A stretch of 64,000 nt of DNA, from contig CP068257.2 in the NCBI GenBank assembly GCA_009914755.4, forward strand, positions 14,304,001-14,368,000, in the 5' to 3' direction. Both the position numbers and the translations under genes were made by a program. Below are positions 38,566 to 54,303 of the stretch, in pieces. Under the pieces are notes generated by a model, which saw only the letters and a program-made list of their open reading frames with translations, had not been told where the DNA came from and ran no database searches. Position 1 is the first letter of the stretch, and each line of letters starts with the position of its first letter. This DNA is from the human T2T-CHM13v2.0 reference genome, Homo sapiens.

Positions 38566-41500
38566 AATTTTCAAATTAAAAATAAATGAATTGACTTGAT
38601 ATTTTCTTTACTTAACACTTAAAAGGAATTAAAGACATTATGTTTGATTAATCGTTTCAGTAAACTTATGCCTCTAGCCACATTTTCATAAGCCATTTGT
38701 GGGGTGGGGCTTGACCAAGTAATACAAGTCTTTGGAGGTTTTAATAGATATGATGTATTACCTTTGCCAAAGAAACTGGAGATGCTAATATAAACAGATT
38801 TCCTTACTGGAGGATTTTTTGTAGAAACCTTTCATGTGTCAATGAACTCTCCTTCTCTCAAGTCTACAGCCACAGTGTACAGCACTTCCTGAATTAATTG
38901 CCTCTTTTTTCTGGAGTATTCTGAGTCTACTGCTAAGACTCATTCAATGTAAAAAAAAAATAATAATAATCTAGGCCTAATTATGATATTGTTGGAGGAT
39001 AGTACCAGGAAATAGGAGCTTTTTACTAAAGGGATTTAAGAAATCTGAATCTGACTTTTAAAACTAGTATTCACATTATATTCTTTGTTAAAAAGAGCAA
39101 AAGTCCTGAGATACAGGGTTTCTGAAATTTCATCTAGTAAATTAAAATAGTGGTTAATATTTTGTTTTTTTAATTTTGTTTTATATTATTTTATTTTATT
39201 TTTAGAGATAGGGTCTTGCGTGGTTGTGGTTAACATTTAAAAAACTTTCATACATTATCTACATTTCTATCAGTAACCCTGAAAGCCAGGATTATTGTCC
39301 CAACTTTATGGATGGATAAACTGAAGTGCATGAGTAAATTAACTAACTACATCAAAATATCTTCCTCTAGGGTTAAATGATTTGCCCAATATCCATCCCA
39401 CAGTTCTAAATGGTGGAGTAATGATGTGGATTCAGATGCCTGTGCCTCCAAATCCTGCAGTCTTTCTTTGTACCCTGCAGCACTGCTGTGTAAGCATGAG
39501 TTTGGACTCTAGTTTTCTGGGACTTCGTTTTCATATTTATAAAAATGAAGAAACTGAATCTTCTCTAAGGTCTCTTCCAGGTTTGAAATTATATCACTTA
39601 AACCCTGTACTATTTCCTAGTCTGTTTAGAGGCTTTAGAGAAAAAAAAAAATTCATATATCAAGAATCCCAAGATCTCAATAAAAAGGTTAAACTACATT
39701 CTTGAATAAGTGAACAATTACAACAGCTGACCTTTATGTAAACCTCCCAGAACTCAGAGTGAATTATAGAATCAAAGGAGGAATTCTGCTCCATTTTTAT
39801 AAATATAGTTAAGACCAACATAAATACATGACTTGGCTTAAACACTAGGAATTCTTAGACATAGGTTGAACTTGCAAAGAAGGTATGTGTGTGTTAGCCT
39901 CTGCCTGGCCATCCTTTATCAGATAAAGAGTTAATACTGGAGCCTAGGCCTGTGTTCAGGTGGGAGGGGAATATTAATATAAATCTACCACCTTTAGAAC
40001 AGCACAGTTGTTATTTTATTAGAGGAAAAGGTGAGAGTGAATAGATGTGGTCAAATGGATTTTGTTATTTTTTCCTTTCCTACCAATAAAATATATATTT
40101 TTTCTGTTTATAAAGACCAGGCTTTTTTCCTCTTTTTTAAAAAACCTACATCTCAATTCCCAAATTTTCCTTCTTTCTGATTGTGGTAAACCCTGTTAAA
40201 ATCACTGTATCATATACATATTACCACCTATGAAAAAGATTTTATAGCTTTATTTTCTGTGGTTTGTATTATTTATTCCTATGGAACTATGAAATACTTT
40301 TTGTGTGCTTTGGAAAATTTCAAATCTCATACTAAATACGGTTCTCAAACTATATATCTCCCTTTTCTTCATCTTTTACCCTGATATTCTGCTATCACCT
40401 CTCAGCCTTGTTCTATATTTCAAATTGTGGTTAAGTGAACTCCTTAGGCTATAAAGTAAAAGTTTTGTTCTCGCTTCATTTTCGTAAGAAGGACTCCTCT
40501 CCATTATTGAATGAGGAAGCTGAAAACAGGAATTCTGCCTAGGGGAGAGTTATCTGGTAATTAAATTTGCTGTAGGTTATCTGGATCATGAAAGGAAAGG
40601 GAATAAACCCTCAGCAGATTCTATTGTTTTCAATATTTATGGCTACTAAAAACAACAGACTGCTTTTGAAGACCCAAGTGGGCTTTAACTTCACATGTGA
40701 CTTTTATAATTATGAAGAGAATCATATTAAAAAAAATGGAAACTTCATAACTTTTCCCCAAATCCATTCTTAATCTTTTGATATTTAGCATTTGCTTTTG
40801 AGGCAATTGTCTTTTCTTCAGTAGTTAACTAGAGTAAGCCAGCTAAATTTTTCACTGCCAGTTTCTGTCCATAAAATAAAAACAGTCCTCCAAAATCACT
40901 TTCAAGAACTTTATGAACTCTCACATCTTCTTCATAATTTGTAATTTCACTTAGCAATCAATTTCCACTGTCAGATTTTTACAACTCCTGAGGAGAAACT
41001 GATAGACAGGTTCCATTAGGTGGTTGATATGATGAGCAGGAATGGAAGTTAGCATGAGGTGGAAAGGAAAGTTTCAGTGAAGTCTAATTGGTTAAGACAT
41101 AATATTTATGTTGAATTTATTTGTATGATGTGGCTTCATGACAGTGGTGGGCCAGAAAATAAATATACAGGTGTCACAGACCACTTTAAACACCATAGCC
41201 TTCTGGAAAAATAATTTTATGCACTATAGTTTGTTCTTTGTATTTGAACGTTTTTCTCCTAATAAAATTGATTTTCTTCTTAGATGTATCACCACCATCC
41301 AGATTAAGCATTTGATTCCATTTGTAAGCCTACCCACATTTATCCCTTGTCCATCCACAAAGAGAGAGACATGAGAAGTGAGTATAGAGTTAGCGTCACC
41401 TATAACTAGCTCTCCTAATATATCCCAGACAGCTTACTAACCATAGAATAGGTCAAATTCTTCCTATAGATAATCTTGGATATTGACCCTCCTGTCAATG

Positions 41501-43134
41501 GACAAGCGGCTGCTCAACAGCACCTGGAGGTCTATGAAATCCTCTTAGGAACATGTGGCTTGTTCTGACACAGCAAACAGATCTATGCAAGGACTCATAA
41601 AATCTGACTGATTTATCCTAGGCAAACACTAGGATATTGCCCCCTCTGGTCCATTCTATGTGGTGGGGGCACATAACAGGCTATTCTTGCTTTTCATCAG
41701 CGATGTTCATGGAAATTGTCATGACTTATTTCATTGTCAAAAAGATTGATTTTTCCCATAGGAACAACTGTAATAGGTGGTAGATGTTGTATTTCTGACC
41801 AAGGAAGGGAAAAGCATACAACTATAAAAGTCTGCAATAATTTAAACTAGCAAAATTGTGCTCAAATCCATAGACTGGGGAGGAATGCATTAAACATACC
41901 AGTTATATAAATAAAATTTTGTTATAAATTTGATATAGAAGTATAGTTGTGATAAACACTTAACTAAATGACTGTTTTATTTGCTTTCTTAGAAATTAGA
42001 ATGTTTTTGAAATGATTTGTTTTTTTTCATCTAGCTTTACAAGCTATCCAGGAAAACTGAGTCAATGTCTTATTTTTTCTTTCTACATATTTTTCTGAAG
42101 CAAGCAGATATGTTTTGCAAAAATAATTTACAGGTTGTATTTTATTTTATTATTTTTATTTTTGCCAAGCCTGTGTATCATTATGTATTGAGTGAGACTT
42201 CCAAGAGTGTCAAAATTGAATAGTTAGTGGTGAAATTTACCAAACGCAGTTAGCTGATGGACCCTGAGGGCCTCAAATAAAAATATCCAAGGAAAACCTC
42301 TTGAAGCGAACTTTTGTGTTTCTTCATGATGGATGTGTTCTTTGAGTATGGCATGTTCAGGTTTCCAGAGCCCTGTCTGAAGATGAGGAGACTTAAAGAG
42401 GCTACCAGGTTAATCCCTCCCTGTAGGCCTTGGCATTTCTTTCTCAGACCTCCTCGCAGTTGAGCATGTTGGCACCATCTCAATGCCTACTTCCTTCCCA
42501 CCTCAGGCTGGATTAGAGAGGATTCTCTGTGATAGACACTCATGAGCCACAGACATTCTTCTCTTCTGGTCCTTCACTGCCATACCTCTTTCTAACGCAG
42601 AAACATGTGTTCCTTGTCTAGGCCAAGAATCTGGCTTATTCAGTCAAATGTATGCATTCTAAAGAAAGAATTGGTACACAGTAAATGAAGTGGGAAGTGT
42701 GAGTTAGCTTCAGAGATCATTTTACATGTTAAGCACTGAAGCATGGAAAGAATGAATGTGAACTTAGAAGCCTGCGTGAAGGATAGGACACTAGCCTAGA
42801 ACTCAGGAAAGGTGTGCTACGGATGGTTCTGCCACTTATTTGCTGTGTATATTTGAGAAAGTGTTTAAGCTCACTGCATTGCAGTTTCTTAGCTGTAAAG
42901 AGAACCAACTTTAACATTCCCGATTGTATGTTTATAAATGAGGTTTGCCTTTATTCCTTTCTGCTATATCGGAACTAGCAAATACCAAACATACAGACCA
43001 AATAAATACATAGGAATATTCAATTAACATGCTCATCTTAACTAACTTATAAAATTCTATCTTGTTTATATCTAGTTGTATTAATCAGGGTTCTCCAGAG
43101 AAACAGAGCTAAAAAAGTTCAGAGAAACAGACCC

Positions 43135-43560
43135 AATAAATCATACATAATGTGATTAATATTAATATATAAAAAATCATATAACATATCATGATATATA
43201 TTAATATATTTTATTATATATTTATATATCATTATATATTACTATATAATAAATCATAGTATATGTAATAAAAAATTATATATTATGTATTATATAATAT
43301 AGTATATATTATAAATCATATAATATATGTAATTATACATATAGAGTATAGATGTTAATATATGATATATATACTGTATATAATTATATACATACTATGT
43401 ACATACTCTATATTATAATTATATATAGTATATATGTTTATATATGATATTATATCATAATATATACCAAATATGATACTACATAAATACTATACATTAT
43501 TGTAGTATAGAGTATATATAATATATATATCATAATATATACTATATGATTTATTATAAG
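43135..43560. repeat. About 430-bp AT-rich low-complexity block with imperfect TATATAA/ATATGAT repeats
   Basis: More than 90% A+T, built from degenerate short tandem motifs (atataatat, tatatgatat, atatatac). Confidence 0.9.
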
Positions 43561-44660
43561 GAATTGGCTTAGATTGTGGAGGCTGAGAAGTCCCAAGGTA
43601 TGCAATCATCAAGCTGGAGACCCAGGAATAAAGATGGTATAGTTCTCATCCAAAGGCCAACAAGCTCAACACTCAAGAAGAGCCCATGTTTCAGGTTGAG
43701 TCTGAAGGCAGGAAATGACCAATGTTTCAGCTCAAGCAGTCAGGCAGGAGCAATTCCCTCTTACTCACAGAAAGGTCAGCCTTTTTGTTTATTCAGGCCC
43801 TCAATGGGTCAGATGAGGGTCACCCATACTGGGGAGGGTGACCTGCTCTCCTTAGTCTACTGATTCAAATGTGAATCTTGTTTAAGAACGCCTTCAGAGA
43901 CACACCCAGAATAATGTGCCACCAAATGTTTGTGTACCCTGTGGCTCAGCCAAGTTGATGCATAAAATTAACAACTCACTACTCAGAAACGGAGATATGT
44001 AGGAGGTATGTATTTGTCTCTAAGCTTTGGGGTTAGCTACTGCTGTTTATTTTCCAAGGGGCTTTAAAGATGTTTGAGAAACTAAGAACACTAGAATCAT
44101 ATGGCTCATCCCAAAAGCTCATCCAACTCAGGAGCCTCCAACTTTCATAGGACCATTCATGTGGGGGGGGTGGCAGCATTTTTCTTTGATGTGTGTCACA
44201 AAGAGTAGAGATTGAAATTCAAAGGTACGACTTCCTTTTGATAAGGCTCTCTCATCTATGAAGTCATCTACAGTTTTCTTGAAACTCTTTACTTTCATCT
44301 CTATTACCTTTCAGGGGTTTCAAGCTGATGAAGTCCATTGAGTAGAAGTATGCATTCATTTTCCAAAAAATGTTTTCTTCAAGTTTCAAGGACATGCTTC
44401 CTTTTTGGCTCATCCTAGATTTGAAAATGAATATGTCCTTCATGTTTATGTATTCTTCTCATGATCTGTACTTTTACAAATGAAAAATCTTAAATTGCCT
44501 TTATTCTATTTTCATCTAGAACTTTGTCTTCATATGGATTACTTCAATTGCCCTTGTGTTATAATAACTACAATTGCTACTGGATATGAATAGGTGAAAA
44601 TAGGAAAATGGGGATACTGGATAACTAATGGGAAGAGAAAGATGGTGATGTCTTTTTGTC

Positions 44661-44962
<302 letters not shown>

Positions 44963-46019
44963 GGGTTTGAACTTTTGCACAAGTTCTTGCCCACAATCTT
45001 CCTTACCTTGTAAATACTGAGTTACTTTCTCAAAAGTCAGCTCCAATATTCACCTGTCTTATGAAGCCTTCCTTCATCTTCCACAGGCACAGATTTCCTT
45101 TTCACTTTTCTATAGAATAAATGCATATTTATTATGATGCAAAAGATAGTTCAATTGCAATTCGTTATGATTTGAGTCTCATTCTACCCATTGTAATTAC
45201 TATAGTGTTTTTGAGATAAGACTAAGGGGAAATTATTACAGCTGCAATTTGAAAATACTTTTTGGAATGTTTTGATACAACACATAAGAAATTATAGATT
45301 CTTGATTGAAACGTATATTTTAAAAAGTGAAACAAATTTACAGAAAAATTAATTGAGCATGAAACAAAAGCAAAAAAGGTCAGGAATAAATTTAATTAGT
45401 TTTTTTAATAATGAGAAGCAAATTGCATCAAAACATGTTTAAGTCATAACTAAACTAATAAGTCATGAAGAGAGAGATTTATTTTTTCAGGGTAATAGAA
45501 CTTGAATGCTAGAGTATTATTAGATAATCAAATTAGCAGAAAGGAATGAGTCATCTGAACCCATGGAAAAAGACTTAAATTTATTGCTGATTAAATGTGA
45601 TTATTGACTTTAATGAGGATAACATGAAACTCCTAATGACATCAAAGCAATGAAGAGATCTATGACAAACAGGCTAATAAGTGTTGTCAACTCAGCATGT
45701 TAACTAAGTCAACTTAGTTTCATACTCATATACTGTGACATTTGGCAACTCAGTCGACGTGCAGGAGGAACATTTGCAATACCTGAAATCTTATTTATAT
45801 GAAAGAAACTCGATAACTTTGCCAAATTGGAGAACAATCACAAAAATTTTCATAACTACCAATAAGTTGTGAAGATGAAAGTTTCCTAAACTATCAATAA
45901 TTTTTAAGTTTCAAATATTATGCTAAAGAAAAGACGGAGTTTGTTGATATTGTGATATTTTCAGCTTTTTAAATTTCAAAATTTTTATGATTTTTTATTC
46001 TAAATATTCATATACATGA

Positions 46020-46358
<339 letters not shown>

Positions 46359-48289
46359 ATATTCTCTTTCTCAAAGAAGGTCTTTTAAACTGAGTAAGTT
46401 TCAGGCCCAACAAAACTTGGACCAAACTGCAGAACACACTTTGCAGATATTAGTAAGCATTTATTTTATTTATTTTGTAGTCTGTTAATTCCTTATAGAA
46501 GGAAACCAGGATGTTTATCTTTAAAACCTTTGGGCATAGCACAGTGCGTGATATGCTATAGTGGAAATTGCTTAGTAAATGATTATAGGATGCATAAGTA
46601 TCTAACAGACCATGAGATATAAGAAACCCTCTCAGGGAGGTTCTGAGTCCCCTCTTTTACTAGCAAAATGCTTGAACTATTCAGATGAAAACTATTATAT
46701 GATAGCAATTTATCATTTCAGAAAATTTGGAAAGTACTACTTTGAGTAGTCCAACTATCCAGTGAAAGCATAGCATCATTTGGCTTAGAAAAAATGTTTT
46801 CAAAGGTGTCTGATTCCATCTTTCCCTAATTGTGATTTAAAACACAAAATTTATCCCAAAAGTAATGATGACCATTTTGAATGTCAAAAGAAATTTCTAT
46901 CAGAAAAAGCCTTACACTTTAACTTTCTTTCAACTTTGAGTGCAAATTATAAGTAAAATGAACTCCAGTCAGATCTTCATTTAACTTAAGAGTATGTTTA
47001 GAGGTAGCTATTATTAGTGCTATAATTGATTTTTCTCCCTTTTGAATATATCTGGAGCATATAATTGGATGGATCAATACTTTTAGTTATGGAAAGTTAA
47101 GGAACAAAACATGAACTAAAGACTCTGACTCTTGTTTCAATAAAGATGTGATACTTTCATTTTCAAAGAGAAGAACAGTCATACTGTGAATAAATTTAGT
47201 TTATTCTGTTGCAAGTAAGTTTTAGGAAAGGAATGATGATAAACTCAAATATGTTTGAGCTTCGTTATTTTAACAGAATGATCATATTTTATACTGCAAT
47301 GAGTAATAAAATATGAATTTTTGTTGTAGATGTATAAATAAACTAAATGTGTGACTTTTCTTGTCATTTTCTTAAGATTAGACATATAAATAAAATGAAG
47401 ATTCTTTGAAATTTGTCATGTACAAAGTTATGTCTTTTTATTTTCTTTAAATACTGTGATTTAGAGTATGCAGTAAAATGATGTTTCATAATAGGTATTT
47501 TGTAGTTTGTTTCTCATTTTAAAAAATATGAAAATAAAATCCTAAAATGAGAAATTCAGGTGAAGGCTTTAGGGTAGGTTCTCATTTACTTGTGCAGACT
47601 TTAATATGCTTCTGCCCTTAAGTGAGACTGCTAATTTCCTAATGGTCCTATAGAGGATATGATGCCTTTTGCAGTTCCCCAAGGAACATCAGAGAGAAGA
47701 AGAAAAAAATACTGCTTGGGTTTCAAGATTGAAGAGTGAAAAATCTAAAAAAGCTCTCAATAGCCTACTGTAGAAATAATCCCCAGTGGTTCAAACTGCT
47801 TAGCTAGATGTAAAAAAATAAACATTCTCTTTCCCAGCATGCCTGCCACCCTGCAAATTATTTTATACAAGTCTCACTCATTTGGTCGGTAAATATTTAT
47901 TGAATAACTAACTCTGTGAGTGCCAGGCATCATGGCATATTATCATGAGGATATGAAGAAACAGATTAAAAACTTAACTTGCTCTTGATAAACCCTTGGT
48001 CTAATTTGAGAAAATAGATTATGAAAAATGGTCATGTTTTCAGCAAGTATAGAGTGCTGTGGGAGCAAGGTGGGGCAAGGGACTATTAGAATCATAGAAT
48101 TCTAGAACTGGAAGGGGGTTTAGAGATTATTAACCCACATTTGGACACACATTTTTTAAAAAAGATTAAAGAATCAGTGCAGTCAAAGGTGAAACTTTTC
48201 ATTGATTTAGTCAACGAACAATTTCTGAGTAATATGTGCCCAGCATTGTTCTAGATGCTGGGGTTAAGACGGTTAAAAACAACAGCAAA

Positions 48290-48714
<425 letters not shown>

Positions 48715-51700
48715 TTAAAAATGAAGATCATGAAATGCACCAGGTTGTAGATGTTTTTACATCTGTGTCTCCGCACAACAGAAGAAAAAGCATGACCACT
48801 GATTCACTGAAATATCTGCAAAGTAGCAAGTGCGGCTCATTTAATTTCAAAAGATAACCAAATAAATAACATTTATTTTCATTATAGTAGATTTCAAGAT
48901 ATTTGCTGAATCCTTGCAGATCAGAGAAGAGTATTTCTAAAGAAGTAATAGGCAAGTAAAAAGTCAAATCTTCTGGAAAACTATTTTACAGTAGGGAAAT
49001 TAAATGGAAAGCTCTTTATTTGGAAGACTAATTAGAATAAAGGAGCACTATACCTGTGTTATAAATGGACTCTCTTATGGAAAAGTTTTTGTAATTCTAT
49101 ATAATACTATAATTGTATGGAGTATATGAGGTATATTTGTATAGAGTATACATTTGTATACAATAAATTTGTATAGAGTATACAATGTGTAAAATGCATA
49201 GTGGTACTATAATTGGTTAAGGATTAGCTACACTTCGGAGGAGATCTAGTTTACAAAATGACCAGATTTTGTCATTAATCCTTTTTATAGAAGTGCTAAA
49301 ACCTGGGCTCAAACACAAAACTTGACCTCCAACTCTGAAACCTTTGCTCTGCAGAATTGTTGGCTCATCTCAGTAAGTGGTAGTTGAGTACACAGGAACT
49401 TACAAATAATTATGAAAACCCTTAACTTCTCAGAGTTGCTGAACAAAATGGGATTCTTAACTCCTCTACATTTGTGAATAAAAAAATTCTTCATATTATG
49501 CAAAAATTAATATGCCATAATTTTAAAAATCATAAGGGTACGTTGGCTTTCATCAGCCTGTAGCTTGCACATAGTTTATGAATCTAGCAAAGGTCATGTT
49601 TAATCTGTGGAGTTGCTAGTTTTCATACATGTGGGAGGGAAATATTCAAAGGTGTTTGAATCATTCAAACTCTAGAGATCAATTCTGACTATTTTCTGGA
49701 ATGTTTTTTCTTCTTCTAGTTGAGTTTTTCTTCTCCTTGGAAATATCCATTTCACAAGGGCATTTTTTTTTCTCTATAATGTTCAACTATTCCTTTCTTT
49801 TTCCGTTCTCTTCTCCATTTCCTTTTTATTCTCTATTTCTCCGTTTTTGTGGGGAGAATATTTTATCCCTGCTGTTTTCTGTTATGCATTGAGGTTCACA
49901 CTGTAATAGTATGTGGCAAAATCAATTAACTGGTACTAAAACAGCTTTTTAAAAATGAAATAGAAGGGAAATAGGAGGATAATACCAGATTATCTACTGT
50001 ATGTAATAAGAACAGACATTTTTTAAATGAAACATTATGAATCTGTTGTGTGTGTGTTTATATATATGATACTAAATGAATTTTTTACTGGGAGTCATAG
50101 TAAAAAGTTAAAAAACCACTGGATTAATGAGTGTTAAGGACTTGATAAAATTGTACAGAATTATTTCAAGTAACATATTTTAAAAACTGAACAGAGCATA
50201 AGCCATAAGCCAGGGCTTATGACTGTTTTCCCTATGGTGATTATTTGTTTTAAAATTTTTGTGGTAGCAGAATTTGGCCCTGTTAACATTTACTATAATG
50301 TTCATTCATATTAAATATATTCAGGTTGGAATGGATTTACTTCACAGAACAATCTGGCCCTCAGGAAAAAGGTGAAATGAGGGGAATTTTTTTTTTTTTT
50401 AAATATTCATACCCAGGATCCCAGACAGCTTTCTCTTTTGGGATTTGCCTTACGCCTTCCTATCCAGTATACTCTTCCACATAAGATTTATCTTAAAAGT
50501 CATTTTCCTCAAGAAACATTTTCTTACCAATAATTCATGTACCAACTTACTAATAACACACTTAACATAAAAAGGACAGATGTGGTCTTCTATTAATAAA
50601 ATGAGAGACTTGCCTGCTCTTGTTTTGGGATTAAATGTTTTATTATTTCTTTTTTTTCAATCATTCTTTTACAGTAATTGTGTGGGAACAAAAGTGATAA
50701 TGATTTGTAAAATTCTTATTTATATTTAAGAAATCCATTTCAGAGTTCTGTCTGAAGTAAAAAGAGTAAAAGCTCCACATGCCAAATAATTACTTGGTTA
50801 TTTTTAAGCTAGTATAGAGATTAATCAAGAAGTTACTGGGAACTTACTGTTTGAAATTTATAGATGTGTATTCCCCATTTGCCCTGGTCGACCATTCCCA
50901 TTCGCTACCAACCTTATAAATCCTTTGAATATGTACTCGCAATGAATAAACATAATGAATTATTACTCTGGGGGTACTCAAAAAATTTTGTTGGGAAAAT
51001 GGACTTCTTGTGCCAAGACTCAATCAGTGTTAGCAGAAACCACAGAGAGACACAGAATATTTGAGTTTAAATGGCCTCAGAGATCTTAACTTAGGGATTT
51101 GGACTTTGTGACCAACAGCTCACAGGTTCAGGGCCTATCCACGGCCATGGACTCAGAGGAAGAGTGGTCCTCAAACCCAGGACTTCTGAGTTCAGTTAAG
51201 GACTAGTTCTAATAACAGTTGTTTCAGATCTCCCGAAATACTCTCAAACAGGCTGTGATAATGTACCCCCAAGATAAGAGCACAGCCAGGTGTGGCTAGC
51301 CACAAACACAACTATGTAGACAAATATTCTACCACGAAAGTTTATACAAATGTGCACATACTTAATGGTGTTTCTAGATACTTTCAATTACATAAGATTA
51401 GCTAAATCTTAGATGCCAGGAAAGTGGATTGTAATTTTTTTCTGACTTAGTGAACCCCCAGACACATGACTGCGTAACTCTGTGAGTGTGTATACGCAGC
51501 ACCCATTGGTAACTTAACCTCCTGGTGTTGAGAAAGAACAGGCAGAAAATGGGTCATCTCCCTTTATTGCAAGATGATACTTATTAGGTATAGTACTTAA
51601 AATGGAACATCCATTTTAATGAGTGTCTAATCCTGATAATCTTGTAATATGTGATGCTCTTAAACTTGTGCTGGATCATGTTACACCAAATTAAATTTTT

Positions 51701-52711
51701 AACTGGTTCAGTATACTTTTAAAAGTATATTTAATTCATACTTTACCTTCTACCTATTTTTCAGTTGCTATATTCTCACTCTCTCTTGATTTCGGGGAAC
51801 CAAAACATATTTGTATGATTTTCTGAATCTCTAATAAACTCTACTTTGGGCGAACACATCTATCAAAAGAGATGCCCTTTCAAGATTGTATTGACTTGCA
51901 ACTATCTGTAGCAAGCTTTGTTTGTAAATCATCACTAACCTTTTTCATGTTTTAATTTTTTATGAACTGTTTTTAGTGTCCCTCTAGGATTTCAAATATT
52001 GCAGGAGAACAAATGAGTTATGATGTGATTCTCCGGGCTAAGAAACAAAACATACTTTTCAAGGTTCTGTCTAAAGTGTACTCTTAAGCCAAATCGTAAG
52101 AACCTGAGTCTTTTAAAAATGTTTCCAAAACTAAGTACTCACAAAATGTGCTGTACTTGTCCTATCTTAGCACTTGTCACACTTTATTGTACAGGTTTCA
52201 TAATAGTGAGTGTCTTGTAAGAAACTTTACAACCTATGACCTTACCAGGAGCATGTTTTTCCACTCTACCATTTGCACCTAATATAATACCAAGCACATT
52301 ACAGGTATAAGACAAATGTTTTTAGGTTAATGAGAAGTGGTTTGACTGTTGATAAGATTTTACTTAATATTGTGTGTATTGTTTGTGACATAACCATTAT
52401 TTGAGAAGCAGCATATTTAGTAATTAAAGACAATAACAATATACGTGCATTTTTTTAGATTTCTTATTGCATTACTTAAAAAGCTCTGAAAATATATGGT
52501 GTCCAAAGCACATAGCTAGCTCTACTATCAGGTGGATCACTGCTCAACAAATACCCTGAATAGGTAAGATCTTCTAGGACCCTTACTGATACCAGTGGGA
52601 CATGCACTTAAGAATACATACAACATTGATTTCATATATGGTATTCAAATTTACATCTCTAAAAATGAAAATATATTTTCTTACTACTTAATGTTAAAAT
52701 TTATGGTAGAT

Positions 52712-53066
52712 AAAAAGGAACGAGATCATGTGCTTTGCAGGGATATGGATGAAGCTGGAAGGCATCATCCCCAGCCAACTAACACAGGAAGAGAAAACCA
52801 AACACCGCATGTTCTCACTTATAAGTGGGAGCTGAACAATGAGAACACATGGACACAGGGAGGGGAGCAACACACACTGGGGCCTGTCAGAGGGAAGTAG
52901 GAGAGGGAGAGCATCAGGATAAATATCTAATGCATGTGAGGCTTAATACCTTGATGTTGGGTTGACAGGTGCAGCAAACCACCATGATACACGTTCACCT
53001 ATGTAACAAACCTGCGTGTGCAGAAGTACGTGTGTCCCAGAACTTAAAATTAAAAAATAAAAAAAA
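52712..53066 (+). mobile_element. Heavily 5'-truncated L1 (L1PB/L1MA-like 3' end) with a perfect 15-bp TSD aaaatttatggtaga
   Basis: ...gagatcatgtgctttgcagggatatggatgaagctggaagg...accaaacaccgcatgttctcacttataagtgggagctgaacaatgagaacacatggacacagggaggggagcaacacacactggggcctgtcagaggg...gataaatatctaatgcatgtgaggcttaatacc...gtgcagcaaaccaccatgatacacgttcacctatgtaacaaacctgcgtgtgcagaagtacgtgtgtcccagaacttaaaattaaaaaat. The TSD is at 52697-52711 and 53064-53078. Confidence 0.9.
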
Positions 53067-53976
53067 ATTTATGGTAGAACATGTGTGTAATTTTCAAATG
53101 AGCATAATATATTGGGGAAATGATTTTTTTTGACAAATATGTGATTTAAAAAAATTGAATATTACTGTTTACAAGACCATCATTAATATATATCCAGAAT
53201 ACTATGACGATGCAAAATATTGAATGATGGTTCAGGAACATGTTTACTCTTCATTGACATAAGTGCAGATGATGTAAACAATGCACTGTAAATATGCACA
53301 TATTTTAAACTACCATTTGAGATCACATTATAGGAAAATTCTGGAAGTTACAAGCAAATGACAGATAAATAGAAACCAAATAGAATTGAGGAACTTGAAA
53401 CACAGGTGAAGTAGAAAGCCAATGAAAAAGTGAAATTGCCTAGCAAAACTGCAAAAAAACTACTCAGACTGGCATTAACAAGAGCTTGGCTAGAGTAGTC
53501 TATGAGGTTGTTGGCAGGATAGTTTATCGCTAAGCTGCAAAGCTGGGCCAGTCAGAATGGCCAGTTGGGATGTGATGGTGAGCAGTATCATCAACAATGG
53601 AAGCTAGAAATAGGAGAATATTATCTTCAAGTAGTGAAGGGAAATAATTGTTCATCTAGAACTTTCTGTCTCCAAGCCTTTAAAAAAGAAGGACAAACTC
53701 AAGATTTTTGCAGAAAAATAAATATAGTGGGCATTTCTCATCAGCAAACCCACATAAAAAATGAAATGACTTCAAAGGAAGTCTGAGATGCAAGAAGATA
53801 TGGTGAGCAAATAAAATAGACACATGTTTGTAACCGTAAGGAAACATTTACCAGGTAAAAGAATTACAACATTTTAAAACTAATGGGATAAAAATCAAGA
53901 AAAATAAATGTGAAAGAAGAGAATATAAATTGAGAAATGACTGATGAGATGAAAGCTTTCTGAGTTCCTTTCATTA

Positions 53977-54303
<327 letters not shown>

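Noticed and set aside
39205-39232. Alu-like start (ttttagagatagggtcttgcgtggttgtgg)
   Set aside because: Only about 25 bp resemble the Alu antisense 3' end and the sequence then diverges. It is too short to call.
51050-51560. Possible solo LTR or other interspersed repeat (…ccccagacacatgactgcgtaactctgtgagtgtgtatacgcagcacccattggtaac…)
   Set aside because: I do not recognise the family and see no second copy or TSD in the window. A database search is needed.
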